From Ministeria vibrans ATCC 50519 (lineage: Eukaryota; Protista; Filasterea): DNA of 51,136 nt. The notes under the pieces are model-generated. The model was not told the origin of the DNA. It was given only the letters and a program-made list of their open reading frames with translations, and searched no databases. The stretch is from NCBI GenBank assembly GCA_943704425.1, contig CALSCP010000038.1, positions 1 through 51,136 of the forward strand, read 5' to 3'. The position numbers and the translations under genes were made by a program. Numbering within the stretch: the first letter of the stretch is position 1; every line of letters starts with the position of its first letter. Shown one piece after another: positions 24,224 to 35,921 of this stretch.

Positions 24224-24492
24224 ATGTCTCTGATCGTTGTACGGCACCCCCATGCGAGCGCATATAGACTCACGTCTGACTCGGTCTTTGTTGTTCCCTT
24301 TAGGTTACCAACCTGACTCAGTTCAAGGAGCTGATCGCCCAGGACAAGCTTACAGTTGTGGACTTCTACGCCGACTGGTGTGGCCCGTGCAAGGCCATCG
24401 CGCCCCTCTACGCGGTACGGCCGTCGTGTCGATTTCCATTTCCCCATCATGCCATACACTCACACTCACCTCACACGCCACACACACACACA

Positions 24493-24523
<31 letters not shown>

Positions 24524-25184
24524 GAGGAGTTACAGGGTGCTGTCGCTGTAGAGCCGCCATCGCTCTCGCCCTCTCTCTCTCCGTCTCTCTCTCTCTCTCT
24601 CATTACCACATAACACACACAACTCATCTCCTTTTTTTTTTTNNNNNNNNNNTTTTCACGATCGCTTTTCTCTCTCTCTCTCTTCTGCTGCTCCCTACAA
24701 CGCATCGGCGTTGCGTGTGAGTGTTAACGCCCCCTCCCCCTCCCCCTCCCCAAAGCCGTTGCCGTGCCTCTGCCCGTCCGCACACCCTTTTGACATGTTC
24801 GTGAACATCTCCTGATTTTTGCATTTTGCCCCATTTTGCGCCGTTTGTCACTGACAACGACCCCGCCGTGGGCTGGCCAGGCGTCCTCTTTCAAGTGCCA
24901 GGTTGATCTGATGCACTCGCAGTCTTTTGCTTTTGCCCGTCAAAGTGATAATATTTTGTGGCAGACTCTCATTGTTTTGTGTGTCTTTGCTTTAGAAACT
25001 CGCTGAGGAGAACCCCACTGCCCAGTTCCTCAAGGTCAACGTTGACGAGGCGGAGGACGTTGCCGCGGACCAGGGGATCCAGGCCATGCCCACCTTCAGG
25101 CTGTTCCGCAAGGGCGCCAAGGTCGACGAGATGCTCGGCGCTGCTGCTGCAAAGCTCACCGACCTCGTCAAGAAGAACCTTTGA
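24224..25184 (+). CDS. TXN: Thioredoxin, 3 exons
   Basis: MSLIV|VTNL..VVDFYADWCGPCKAIAP|..FLKVNVDE..IQAMPTF. Confidence 0.95.
24643..24652. other. Assembly gap (10 N) within thioredoxin intron 2
   Basis: Run of n inside a poly-T tract. Confidence 0.99.
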
Positions 25185-25520
25185 AGAATGAACACGCGCA
25201 CGCCTTCTTTTGACCTTGGGAAAGCGATGGTGCATCTTTCAGTCAGGTCACGCCCGTCGTAGTCAGAAGTCAGAGTGGACTGAGCGTCGACATTAGTCGC
25301 TTGCCTGACTGCACTGAAAGCGGAACACTTCCCAGTCAGCATCCGTCTCGAAGAAGCTGAAAGCAATCTCTTGGGCTACTTCTTAGCAACCCCTTACGCG
25401 AAATGGCACCGAAATAGACCGATTCGATTGTTTCTTTCAGATCCCGATCATCACTAACATCATTCAACAAAAAATTATTCAAAAATTGAAAATTCAAATA
25501 ATTTTTATTATACTGTCGCC

Positions 25521-28500
25521 ATGTCCAGGAGAAGCACCCGAGACTCTCTGGCCTTGCGCAGCCGAGACGTGCCCAAGACGCCCACTCCGCGCAAGCCGAG
25601 CGGCGGCACAGCCCGCAAAACAACGTACCAACCCCGATTGCCCTCCAGTCTCACCATCGGCCCTCTACGCCGCCCCCTATGGGCCCTCTTCCATCACCAC
25701 CCCTCCACATTGACTCTCTGCTGTCATAGCAAACACATGTCTTCCCACCAAATGGCTCACTCGCTGTTTTTTTCTCGTCTTTGTTTTTTTTTTTTTTTTT
25801 TTTTTTTTGAAATCCGACTCTCGTCCCATCGACAAACGCACAGCACTCCCAAAACGGCCAGCTTCACGTACAGCTACTCATCAAGGTAAGGAGCATGTGT
25901 GATGTGTGTGTGTGTGTGTGTTGGCATTGCGTGCTCATGTCTCGGTGTGCAGACAGCGGTACGAGTCGGAGGAGGAGGAGGAGGACTATCAGGAGATTGA
26001 AGACAATGACGACCACGACGACCACGACGACGACGATGATGATGGGGATTCAGGCGTGGACAACGGCGTGTCTGATGATGATGATGATGAGGAAGTCGTG
26101 TTTGGCCAGGTGAGTCCGGTGTCGCAGCAGGACGACGGAGGATCGTCGTCGCCCACAGACGAAGATCGCGACTCGCTCTATGGGCTGTCGTCGTCGGAGG
26201 AATTGCACACGGCCGAGCCGGGCATGTCGCCGTCGCCCCCTCCAAAGGGCAAGAGCCGTCCGGGTGTGGTTTCACGTGTGGTTGCGCGTGCCAGTCGTCT
26301 TGTTGCCTGGTTCTACGCCTGTCTCTACATTGCCACATCGTCTCTCCTCTACTTTGACATTAAGATTCTTGCCATCCTCGGCACTCGCGTCCGCGCCATC
26401 TTTGGCAAGCCTCGTTTGGTCATCACGGCACTCTTTCTCATCCTTCTGGTCCCTTTCCTCGCTCGCTCTGGGCCCCAATTGCTCGACATGTTGCCCCCTT
26501 TGAACGTCACTACTTCAACGATCATGGACAGATTCGTTGCTCCACCAGTACCTCTGAACGTATCGGGGTGCGACGCCGTCTCACCATCTGCACTTGCGCT
26601 GCTCTCGCAGCGCATTGAAGAACACAATGCGAAGACGGAGGCGCGTCTCAGCGCACTCGAAAGTGACGTCAGCTCCTCGTCGCTGACACTGCAATCCTTT
26701 GCTGACTCCGTCGGCAGTGCCCACAAGCGCGAAGAGGACCGCGAAAATTCCAGTGCATTGGCTCATCAGGAGCACAGGGCGGCCTTCACTTCTCTCCAGC
26801 TTGAACTTGACGCGCTCAGCAAGCGCGTCGGGACCATTAGCGAGCTCTCCAACACTGCTTCCGCGCCCACCGCATCACACCCCATCTCTGACGAAGACCT
26901 CGAAAAAATCACGTCTATGATCAAGAATGGCCATGACGAGGTCACGCAAGGTTTCAACGAGGTACACACACGCTCTAAAAAGACCGTAACCCTATCCCTA
27001 AATGGTTAATGTAATGACGAAATGTCTCTGCTCGTTCATTCTGTCTAGTCCGACGAGGCCTCCACTGAGTTCTCGGAGTTCCGAGGCCGACTTTTGCGCA
27101 CCTTTGTGCCCGTTACGACCCTCCACAAGACACTCAACGAACTCCAAACTCAGTTTGCTGAGTTTGTGAAAAACGCGTAAACTTTGCAAAAACAAAGAAC
27201 AATCAATTTGACTCTATAATAATTGTCATTGTGTATAGCACACTCAATGCAACACACTCTCTTGTGAACGGAACACAAGTGACGAATCTGATTGCTCAGG
27301 CTATGAAGGAACTGCAGTTGGAAATGGAATCTCTTCGAGTACCTCAATTGCCCCCTCCCTCCCAATGAGAGTGATTGAGAATTCATTATGACTGTGTTTG
27401 TGTAGACTGAGTCGAAGATCGGATCAGCTTCACAGGAAACGGTTGAAAGTGCGCTTGAGACGGCAAAACGGGCTGAGTCAACGGCACAAGCAGCGGAGAA
27501 GAGTGCAGGCGAGACAGCCAAGGCAGTGGAGGGAGTACAGCCTATGGTGGAGCAGGCGCGAAGTGCACTCGAGGCGGAGCTTACGGCGCTCAAGCAGGAC
27601 CATTCGGGCCTCAAGGTGTGTCATTTTCTCTCTTTTTTGTTTCTCTCTTTCTCCCTTTCTCTCTCTCTTCTTTTGTCTGACATATATATCTCTGTGTGTG
27701 TGTTAGTCGGAAATTGAGACGGAGGCTCAGCGAATGAATGCGGAGATTGTGAGTGCCAAGGGCCAGCAGGCGGAAGTAGCGACCAAGGTTGAACAGACTG
27801 TGACGGATGCTACAGCTGCGCTCAAGCGCACTGAAGAGCTTGAGAGTCGTCTGAGTGCAGTGGACCAGTCACTGGATAAGATTCAAAAGGACCTTGAGCG
27901 TCTGCTCAAGGCCGAAGACCCGTCGGAGCAGCAGAAGAAAGCCATTGAGGATCTGACTGCACAGGTTGAGGCAATCAAGGGCACTCTGAAGACTAGTCTG
28001 ACCCGTCCGGAGGCCCAGAAGATGATTGATGAGTCCATGGGTACATTTGAAGCGGACAAGACCGGTACCGAAAATATTCTGCTCGTTTCCCTTTTTTTTT
28101 TTTTTTTTTTTTTGCTCACATTCTTCCTTCACTCTTGATTATTAGGTATGGTTGACTATGCGATGGAGGGCTCGGGGGCCACCGTTGCGACGGCGTGCTC
28201 GTCTCTGCCCGTGTCCAGACCCTTCCTCGTTGTCATGGGCTACAGCATGTACAGCCATCCGACGAGCTCTCATCGCGCTCTGCTGTCGCCCGACATGTCC
28301 CTTGGCAACTGCTGGAGCTTTGTTGGTACCGAAGGATTCATCACTATCCGCCTCAGTGTTCCCATTTTTGTGTCACACGTCACCCTCGAGCACCTCCCCC
28401 CGTCCATCACGCACACTAGTGCTTCGGCGCCCCGTGGCTTCACCGTCTCCGGTATCGCCGACGACTGCAAGGCCCAGGGCACTCATCTCGTCCACGGCGA

Positions 28501-28734
28501 ATTCAACCCCAACACCTCCTACCGCAACACCTACAAAGTCACAGTACGCCAAAAACAAAATAAAATGCAAAAACATTACGACCCACACGCACGCACTCAC
28601 TCTCAAACACTTCTGTGTAGCAAAAGACTTCGGAGCCCGTCTCGTTTGTCCGACTCGACATCACGAGCAACCATGGCCAGGAAGACTATACATGCGTGTA
28701 CCGCTTCCGTGTGCATGGTTCCCCTGCCCAATAG
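25521..28734 (+). CDS. SUN-domain nuclear envelope protein (C-terminal Sad1/UNC-84), multi-exon
   Basis: Basic then acidic N-terminus, hydrophobic segments and coiled coils. SUN motifs ADKTG|MVDYA..GA, GNCWSF, VTLEH..SAPRGF and [18 protein letters not shown]. Confidence 0.92.
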
Positions 28735-28840
28735 TGCAGCGACGAGAAGAATGAGAGAGAGCACGAGAGAAGGAAAAGAAAGAGAGATATTTGAAATGAT
28801 GTGAAATTTTTTTGGATAATTCAAAAGGGTACAATTTGTG

Positions 28841-31800
28841 TTATGCATCAGGCCGGAAGCAAGAGTGCTTCGAGGCGTCTGCCTCGCCGTCGTTAATGAG
28901 GAACTCGGCAATGTAGTCGGGGGCAAGACAGGGCACATTGTGCTCCTTGACATGTGCTACGAAACGGAGTGTGTCGCGTGGCGATGAGGCTTCGGTGCAG
29001 TCGTCAAAGAAGGCGTGAGTGGCACGTTGGCACAGGTCCGCACTGAATGGCGCATGGTCCCCCAGCACTTCAGCCCCGCCCGCCTCGAGAATGCGTCGAA
29101 AGCCGCCACAGCGATTTGTGTCCTCGACACCCAGAAGAACCCGCCAACCGGCAAAGGCGCCGACGGTGCCACTGGCACGCGAACGACGTCGGCTCTCATT
29201 GCTGAGGCGCAGTCGTTTGCGCCAGAGGCGACACGCGCCTCCCAACTGGCTCGGATCGTTGTCGCTGGAGGTCCACTCGTAGTCCTCTTCGGGGACCAGT
29301 CGGCCAGCACGCGTGCACGCTTGCACATAGGTAGTCTTGAGAACCCAGCAGCCGGCGGCAATGGCCGCGAGAAACTTCTCATTGCGCTTGGGCTTTCCCA
29401 CAATCACATGAGTGCAATCGCGCTCAAACTCTTGTCCCGTACTACATGTGCCACCCAGTGCTACAATAGCTTTTAAAATCTTGGCGCGTTCCCCCAGCGG
29501 CACCGACGTAATCATGAAGCGGGGAACACGCACAGTGGCGACCAACTCGACGGTTCCCTCGCGATGGCGATCCTCATCGCCCTCGTCGAGCCTTCCCAGA
29601 GAGGAGCCCCTCTCATCGCCTCCCAATGCATCCTCGCCGGCACCCGAGCCATCACCAGCCGACCGACCACCCGTGAGTGTGCCCTCGAGACGCGCCAGAA
29701 TCTTGTTGCGACGATCTTTTGAGCGGTCACGATAGCTCACAATAAAGTCATCGGCATTCTCGTTGTGTCCGTCCCGATCGTCGCTGTCCGCTTCGCCAGG
29801 ATTAGCATGGCCATTTGTAACAATTGGCGTGACTGGTGCTACACTGCCTGCAGCTGCGGAGTAGTCTGCATCGATACTGGTGCGAGGGCGTTTGGTGCGA
29901 GAGGAGCGACGCACCGCAGGAATGCGCAAAAGTTTGTCCATGAGTGCTGATGTGACCTTGCCTGCCGAGGGCGACGCAGGTGCTGTTGACGTCGTCGTGG
30001 TCGTCGTGATTAAAGGAGAACTTGTAGTTGTGATGGGAGAGGCTGATGGAGCGACGGCCGGGGCGGGGAGTGTCTTGGAGCTCGTTGGGGTGTCAAGCAG
30101 TGCTGGGGATTCGACAGCTGCAGTTGTGCTTGTGGTTGTTGCGGTGGCGGCAGTGTTGAGTGGTGTCATGGGCACCGTTGGGCGGTGTGTGGGTGTCACC
30201 AGTGCAGTTGGTGTTGTGACTGAGAGAGGAGAAGATGACACCGGTGGTGACGCAGTAGGCTCAGCCATGAGTGAGCGACGACTGGATGTGCGAAGACGTT
30301 TCGCTGGTGGACCATCGTGGTGAGTGTCGCTGATGTTGTCATTGTCATCGGTGGCGGTGGGGGCGGTTTTGGTGTCGTCATCGTCGACAATGCGGTCGTT
30401 TTCGACTTGCGTTTGAAGCATGAGCGCCGATGAGAGACGCGTGAGGCGCGTTGGAGTAGCTTGAGGATTGGCAGAGGGAGTGGTGGGGCGCATGGGAGAA
30501 GAGTTGGAGGCAGCAAGCGAGTGACGTGTTTGTTTGCGCAACGACTGTTGAGACGATTGAGATTGGTGTTTGGGCGATGCGGTGGACATGGAAAGTGAGC
30601 GGAGTGGGTTCACTCCATGTGAAAAGAGACTCTCGGAGACGTGAGTGCGACTGGCAAAGCACTCGTTAAGCCATGCGGGTGAAACAATCTTTTTGCCGGC
30701 GGCCTCTTGCGCCTTGAACGACTTGCGAAACTGATCCGTCACAAAGTGTGTGCTGTCAGCTGACTGAGAGGGGCGCACGTCGGCGCCAAGAGAGCAAGCC
30801 TGTTTACTGAGCAACTGGAGCTGCGATTCGAGTGACTTGGAGAAGGCCACGACAACACCGGCCAAGGGGCCGGCGCCACGACGTGTCTGGCTTGACGACA
30901 CGGTTGGCGTCGACGACAGCTGCTGCTGCGACAACGACGACGCGCGTGTCTGCTGAGCTTTGCTGCGTGTCGAGGCGGACGGAGAAGCAGTGCCAGATTT
31001 TGACTTCTTCCGACCTTTTGCAGTTTGTGAAGAGAGCAAAGCGGCCCGTGGCGTAGCAGTGGATAATGGTGGTGAAGAAGGAGGAGGAGAAGGAGGCGGT
31101 GGTGACTTGTCCCGCTTTCGTTTGGTGGGCGGCGGGTCGTCGTCGACGTCGGGAAGAACGGGCGGCTGGAGACGGTACTCGTCAAAGGAGAGGTGCATTC
31201 CTTGAAGGGCGCATGCAAGGAGCCATTCAGCACGCACAACGGGTACCTTCCACTCGTGGGCGCGCTGAACCTTGAGACCGTGGTAATCATGACTAATGAG
31301 AACCGTGCATGATTTGCGAAAGTTCTCTTCAAACGTGCCACCAAGTGCCTCGGTGAGACGATGGATCTCGGCGCGGTCGAGACCGTCGTATTGCGACACA
31401 CAAATGACCATGGACTGGAAGCTGTCGAGGGGCAAACGGTGGTTGGTGGGCGTATAGATGACCGAGTCAGCATTGGAGAGCATGCGCTGCTCGTGAATGC
31501 AGCGCTCGAGCCAGTGTTCCGTGTACAATTGAGCACCCGGCGGCAAAGGCTGTGCGCTCGAGCTTGCAGTGCAGTTTGAATGGTAGGTGAAAGGAACGAG
31601 AATGTGCGTGGCCTGCAACGGATCCGTCACGACCCGACCGCCCTCTTCCTTGACACCTTCAGTGACGGACCGGCGAACGTGTCGAACAAAGCCCTGAAGG
31701 AAGAAGGTGAAGTTTTTGAAGAGAGAGCCGTCACTGTCGGGCTGGTCGGGAGGTGGAACAAAGACCAACGAGGTGGCAGGGGCGGAGCTGCTTGCCGTCT

Positions 31801-33592
31801 CCTTGGAGCGTTTCTTTGACGTGACAAATGCCGAAGGAATGGCAGCGGTGGAAGATTTGGCCGTGGTGGTGGTGGTGGTGGTGCTGTCGAGGGCATCGTG
31901 CTCGGTGGACGACAAGACGGCGTGCCCCGTTGAAGATGTGGTTGAGCCTGTGGCAATGATGCCTTGAGTGGGAGCAGCAGCAAGGGCAGAGGCAGAAGAA
32001 GAGGAAGCAGCAGCAGCAGCAGCGGCGGCGGCGGCGGCGGCGGCAACAGCGACTGTTGCAGCTTTCTTGGACATGAGCTGTGAGGCGGCCTCACTCAGGG
32101 GCAGGACGTAAGGATCGCAAGTCAGACAGCGCGATAGTTTGCCGCACTCAACGAGCCACATGGGACGTACAATTTTAGGTGGAGTGATGGCACTTTGTAC
32201 GAGTTCGGCGAGCTTGCAGTCAACCGTGGGCGTGCCCGAAATGACGTGCGAAATGTTCACGTCAAAGTGCGGCAGCCGAGTGCCGCCCGCTCGGTCAATG
32301 ATGCGCTTAAGATTTCGTTCGCGATCCGAGCTGATTTTGTACAAATAGATGCGACAGCGACTGAGAAAGGAATCGTCGTCGTCATCATCGTCGTCGTCAT
32401 CGTCCTCTTCCACATTCTCATTGGGATTCTGAGCATCGTTGTAGGCAAAGTCGTCGTTGTCGCCCAGAATGCCGTCGAGGGTTGTGGTGCCGTCCGCCAA
32501 CCGAGTGCTATTGCCAATGAGACCACCAATGACGCCAACAGCCGACTTGCTGTAGCTACTGGCGACGCGTTGGGGTGACTGAGAGGCGTCGACGACGGTG
32601 TGGGAACGGGTAGTGGGAGTCGAGGGTTTGGCAATTTCAACGAGGTAGCGCGACTCGTCCTGGCGGTAGTTGGAGTGCACCGAGTCGTTGAACCAGGCAA
32701 TCGACACAATGGGGATGCCCCAGAGTTTGGCGTAGCGCACCTTTTCCGAGTCGGTCGCTTCGGCAATAAGGTGGGTACAGTACTTTTCGAGAGAGGCTGC
32801 ATAGCGACCGCCCAGCTCGAAGCAAATCCGTTCGACACGCTTGCGGTCTTCCATGGCACCGCCGGTAATGGCAACACAACAATCTTGCATGGTCTGGATG
32901 TGTCGGCCGTGCATGAGGGCGTTGATGTCGGCACAGGGGTTTTCAGCACACACCTTCCAGCAGTCGTCAACCCAACCGAACTGGAGGACAGGCACGCCAA
33001 TCTCCACGGCCGAGCGGTACTTTTCCGACTTGTTGTTGCCCGCAACGAGATGCGTGACGGCGTCCGTGAACGTGCCCTGGTGCTGACCGCCGAGACGCAA
33101 AACGCGACTGCGAACGTACTTTTTGTGTTCGGTCGTGAGCGACGTTGAGCAAACAATGGCGCCCGCCATGACGTTGGCGTACACGGGGTGGACCTCGCAT
33201 GCGGCGGGCATCTCGCGGTTCTTTTCGAGGAACCAGCGAACGTACGGGGCGCCGACGACGCGACACGATTTGGCGGCAAGTTGGGAAACGGCCGGATCGC
33301 GAAACGGCTCACACACGTACACATGCGACGGCTCTGTCTGCAGGGGGTTACCGTCAAGTGCGTCAAAGGACGTGACGCGGACGCACTCGCGCTTGACGCG
33401 CTTCCGGAGCGCCTTGGCGAGAGACTGCAGCTGACGCGCGTCGTGGTCGTGTCTGCTTTGCGTTGGCCGTTGTTGCTCCGTCGACGGTTTGATCAGGTGG
33501 AACGTCAGTGCGCTCCACCGCACTGTGCCCGCCGTCGATCCTGACGACGGTGCCGTCCCCTGCGCTGTCTGGCCCGAGGCGGACCTTGACAT
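28841..33592 (-). CDS. TOPBP1: TOPBP1/Rad4/Dpb11-like multi-BRCT scaffold, single exon, 1583 aa
   Basis: Repeated BRCT signatures (LGG..THL..KY..WxxDC). C-terminal pair KRNEKFLAAIAAGCWVL and FAGWRVLL..ILEAGGA. Confidence 0.88.
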   Translation of the reverse strand: MSRSASGQTAQGTAPSSGSTAGTVRWSALTFHLIKPSTEQQRPTQSRHDHDARQLQSLAKALRKRVKRECVRVTSFDALDGNPLQTEPSHVYVCEPFRDPAVSQLAAKSCRVVGAPYVRWFLEKNREMPAACEVHPVYANVMAGAIVCSTSLTTEHKKYVRSRVLRLGGQHQGTFTDAVTHLVAGNNKSEKYRSAVEIGVPVLQFGWVDDCWKVCAENPCADINALMHGRHIQTMQDCCVAITGGAMEDRKRVERICFELGGRYAASLEKYCTHLIAEATDSEKVRYAKLWGIPIVSIAWFNDSVHSNYRQDESRYLVEIAKPSTPTTRSHTVVDASQSPQRVASSYSKSAVGVIGGLIGNSTRLADGTTTLDGILGDNDDFAYNDAQNPNENVEEDDDDDDDDDDDSFLSRCRIYLYKISSDRERNLKRIIDRAGGTRLPHFDVNISHVISGTPTVDCKLAELVQSAITPPKIVRPMWLVECGKLSRCLTCDPYVLPLSEAASQLMSKKAATVAVAAAAAAAAAAAAASSSSASALAAAPTQGIIATGSTTSSTGHAVLSSTEHDALDSTTTTTTTAKSSTAAIPSAFVTSKKRSKETASSSAPATSLVFVPPPDQPDSDGSLFKNFTFFLQGFVRHVRRSVTEGVKEEGGRVVTDPLQATHILVPFTYHSNCTASSSAQPLPPGAQLYTEHWLERCIHEQRMLSNADSVIYTPTNHRLPLDSFQSMVICVSQYDGLDRAEIHRLTEALGGTFEENFRKSCTVLISHDYHGLKVQRAHEWKVPVVRAEWLLACALQGMHLSFDEYRLQPPVLPDVDDDPPPTKRKRDKSPPPPSPPPSSPPLSTATPRAALLSSQTAKGRKKSKSGTASPSASTRSKAQQTRASSLSQQQLSSTPTVSSSQTRRGAGPLAGVVVAFSKSLESQLQLLSKQACSLGADVRPSQSADSTHFVTDQFRKSFKAQEAAGKKIVSPAWLNECFASRTHVSESLFSHGVNPLRSLSMSTASPKHQSQSSQQSLRKQTRHSLAASNSSPMRPTTPSANPQATPTRLTRLSSALMLQTQVENDRIVDDDDTKTAPTATDDNDNISDTHHDGPPAKRLRTSSRRSLMAEPTASPPVSSSPLSVTTPTALVTPTHRPTVPMTPLNTAATATTTSTTAAVESPALLDTPTSSKTLPAPAVAPSASPITTTSSPLITTTTTTSTAPASPSAGKVTSALMDKLLRIPAVRRSSRTKRPRTSIDADYSAAAGSVAPVTPIVTNGHANPGEADSDDRDGHNENADDFIVSYRDRSKDRRNKILARLEGTLTGGRSAGDGSGAGEDALGGDERGSSLGRLDEGDEDRHREGTVELVATVRVPRFMITSVPLGERAKILKAIVALGGTCSTGQEFERDCTHVIVGKPKRNEKFLAAIAAGCWVLKTTYVQACTRAGRLVPEEDYEWTSSDNDPSQLGGACRLWRKRLRLSNESRRRSRASGTVGAFAGWRVLLGVEDTNRCGGFRRILEAGGAEVLGDHAPFSADLCQRATHAFFDDCTEASSPRDTLRFVAHVKEHNVPCLAPDYIAEFLINDGEADASKHSCFRPDA

Positions 33593-33847
33593 GGACTGAA
33601 ACTTCTGAAGTTAGCAAATTTTAATGAATTATTTCAAATAATTATTATTAATTATGAATGATTAATCGCACTCTTTTGTTGGACCAACGAATAAATAAAA
33701 ATTAATCAGACTTTCTTTTTTGGTAGAGATTCAACGGGAGATGTCAAGTGTAACGTTAGACAAGGGAGATGATTGATAAAAATTATTTCAAGTATGAAGG
33801 AGAGAGATTTTACTTTGAAACAATTTTATAGCAAAATAATTGTGTGT

Positions 33848-35444
33848 TTAGGTGCTCTGCTTCTTGCTATGGGTGACACTCTGAACAGCCGATTCAACAA
33901 ACATCGACGGAATACTGTCACCAAAGAAAATCTACACACACACAGAAAAGAGTTTATTATATTATATTAATACGTCTTATTATTATTATTGTGATTTCTT
34001 CTTACCTTTGTGTTGTTTGCGACTGAAATGGCACGAGAATACTCAAGAAACTCGGGAGTGAGGCGCAGCTTGTTGGCCTCGGCCTGTCGCTGGAGCGTAT
34101 AGAACTCGGCATCGGCTGCCGCACGCAATCGCGCGCTATGCATCGAGTCCATAATCTCACTCTGCTTCTTCTCGCTCTCCTTTTGCACCACTTTTTGGTT
34201 GAGGTGAATCTGTGCGACTGCGGCTTCTTTCTCCGCTTCAATCACTGCCCTCTTGCGCTCCGTCTCTGCTTCCTTCTCCACCACCTTCTGGCGTTGGGTC
34301 GCAATCAGTAGTTTTGTCTTTTCCGCTTCCATCGACTCATAACTAAAAGAGCGAGAGAGAGAAAGAGCAAGAGTCTCAGTCTCGGTGTTGTTTCGGTGTG
34401 TGCAAATTACTTTTGACGGATTGCTTCGGGAATGCGTGGCTTTGTGACGCGCACAGCCTGCACATGGACACCGGGCGCCCAAGTGTCCAACGACGTCTGC
34501 AGTGCCTTGAGCAGATTCTCATCAATCTACAAACAATAATAATTAATATTGTTATAATGTATTATTGTGAGTGTGATTGTGATTGTAACGTTGATAAATG
34601 GAGAGAGAGAGGAGGGAGAAAGAAACAAAGCGATAGAGAGAGAGAGAAACAAAGTGAGAGAGAGAGAGAGAGAGGAGGGAGAGAGAGAGCGGAAACTTGG
34701 TTGGTACTTGGTCAAAAAGATCGGTGTAAACTTCTTGAAGAGAGTGCGAGCTGCAGAACTGGTTGAGTTCGTGGTGGATCTTGTCGAAAATGAGCGGTTT
34801 GTCGTAACCCACAGTGTAATTCTGCATGACAAGAAACGAAACAAGTGTTTGCGACGGGCATTGAGAGAGAAAAGCAGCAGACGTACCTTGACAGTGTCGT
34901 GGACATAGTCGTGAGCAAGACGGTTGACCACCTCGACCCGTTCGAAGTAGACGACTACTCCGCCACTTGTGCCGCACGGAACATTGCGCACTTCGTCAGT
35001 CTGAAGGCAACGAGACAATGAGAGACGACATGCACAGGATGATGATGGGAGGGGAGGATCATGGGCTACCTGCAGCGTGGTCTGGATGTTGGTGCATGAC
35101 GTGATGAAAGGGAGCATCAGATGAAATCTACAATGATCAGTGCACAATTATGAGTAAATGGCGTTGGGACGACCGACTCGTTTGATCGCATAAGTACCCA
35201 GGAGGAGTGGTTTCCTTCAACAGAGCACCGCCGCGGTAGTAGACACCGACATGGCCTACACGGGGAAGGCAAGGGGCGTCGTGGTAAGGGCGTGTGGGCG
35301 GCAGGGTGGGCGGCAGACGATGTGGCAGTTGAAGGGGATCATTATTTTGGCGGTCGAACCTTCTTCAACCTGGTGGATCGAAAGTTGCACTCCAACTGCT
35401 ACAATTACAATTGCAAGAAGTGAAAAGATGCCAAAGAACGACAT
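33848..35444 (-). CDS. ERLIN: Erlin (SPFH/band 7), multi-exon
   Basis: [50 protein letters not shown] and [29 protein letters not shown]. Confidence 0.95.
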
Positions 35445-35921
35445 GATGAAATTTAATTGTTTTGTAAAATTCATTTAATTTGATATGTAATGAATTGACT
35501 CGACTCGTTCGTTAAAATAATGTAATTCCACGACAAAATGTGAGCAGGATCGATCAGTGTTGAAAAGCAACTGACACCTTCATACCAACAGAAAGCAGTC
35601 TAGGGCGAGTATCATGTAACATGTCAATGTATTTCCCATTCATCATTCATATGTCATTGCTCTACTCAGATTGACCTGACGAGTCTGATACGTAATAATA
35701 TTGAGTGTAACTAATAATTACGAGGTGCTAGACAACGACTAGCTCGGGTTGTCCTTGTCAACTTGTGTTCTATATTTATATTTTGGTTTTTGATCTATTT
35801 TAATTACTCGTCGAACTTCTAAAATGAGTAAAATCTCGAGACAAATATAAAAACATTTAAAGTGATTAAACATTAATTATTTATCTTCCACCATCTGTCT
35901 TTGCGTCGATCACCTCTACCA

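Noticed and set aside
25182-25184. TGA as selenocysteine or alternative genetic code
   Set aside because: The thioredoxin fold is complete at the stop. TGA, TAA and TAG all terminate intact genes here, and in-frame TGAs occur only in frameshifted remnants.
25350-25390. Faint resemblance to the RNase MRP 3' motif
   Set aside because: No matching 5' P4 half found.
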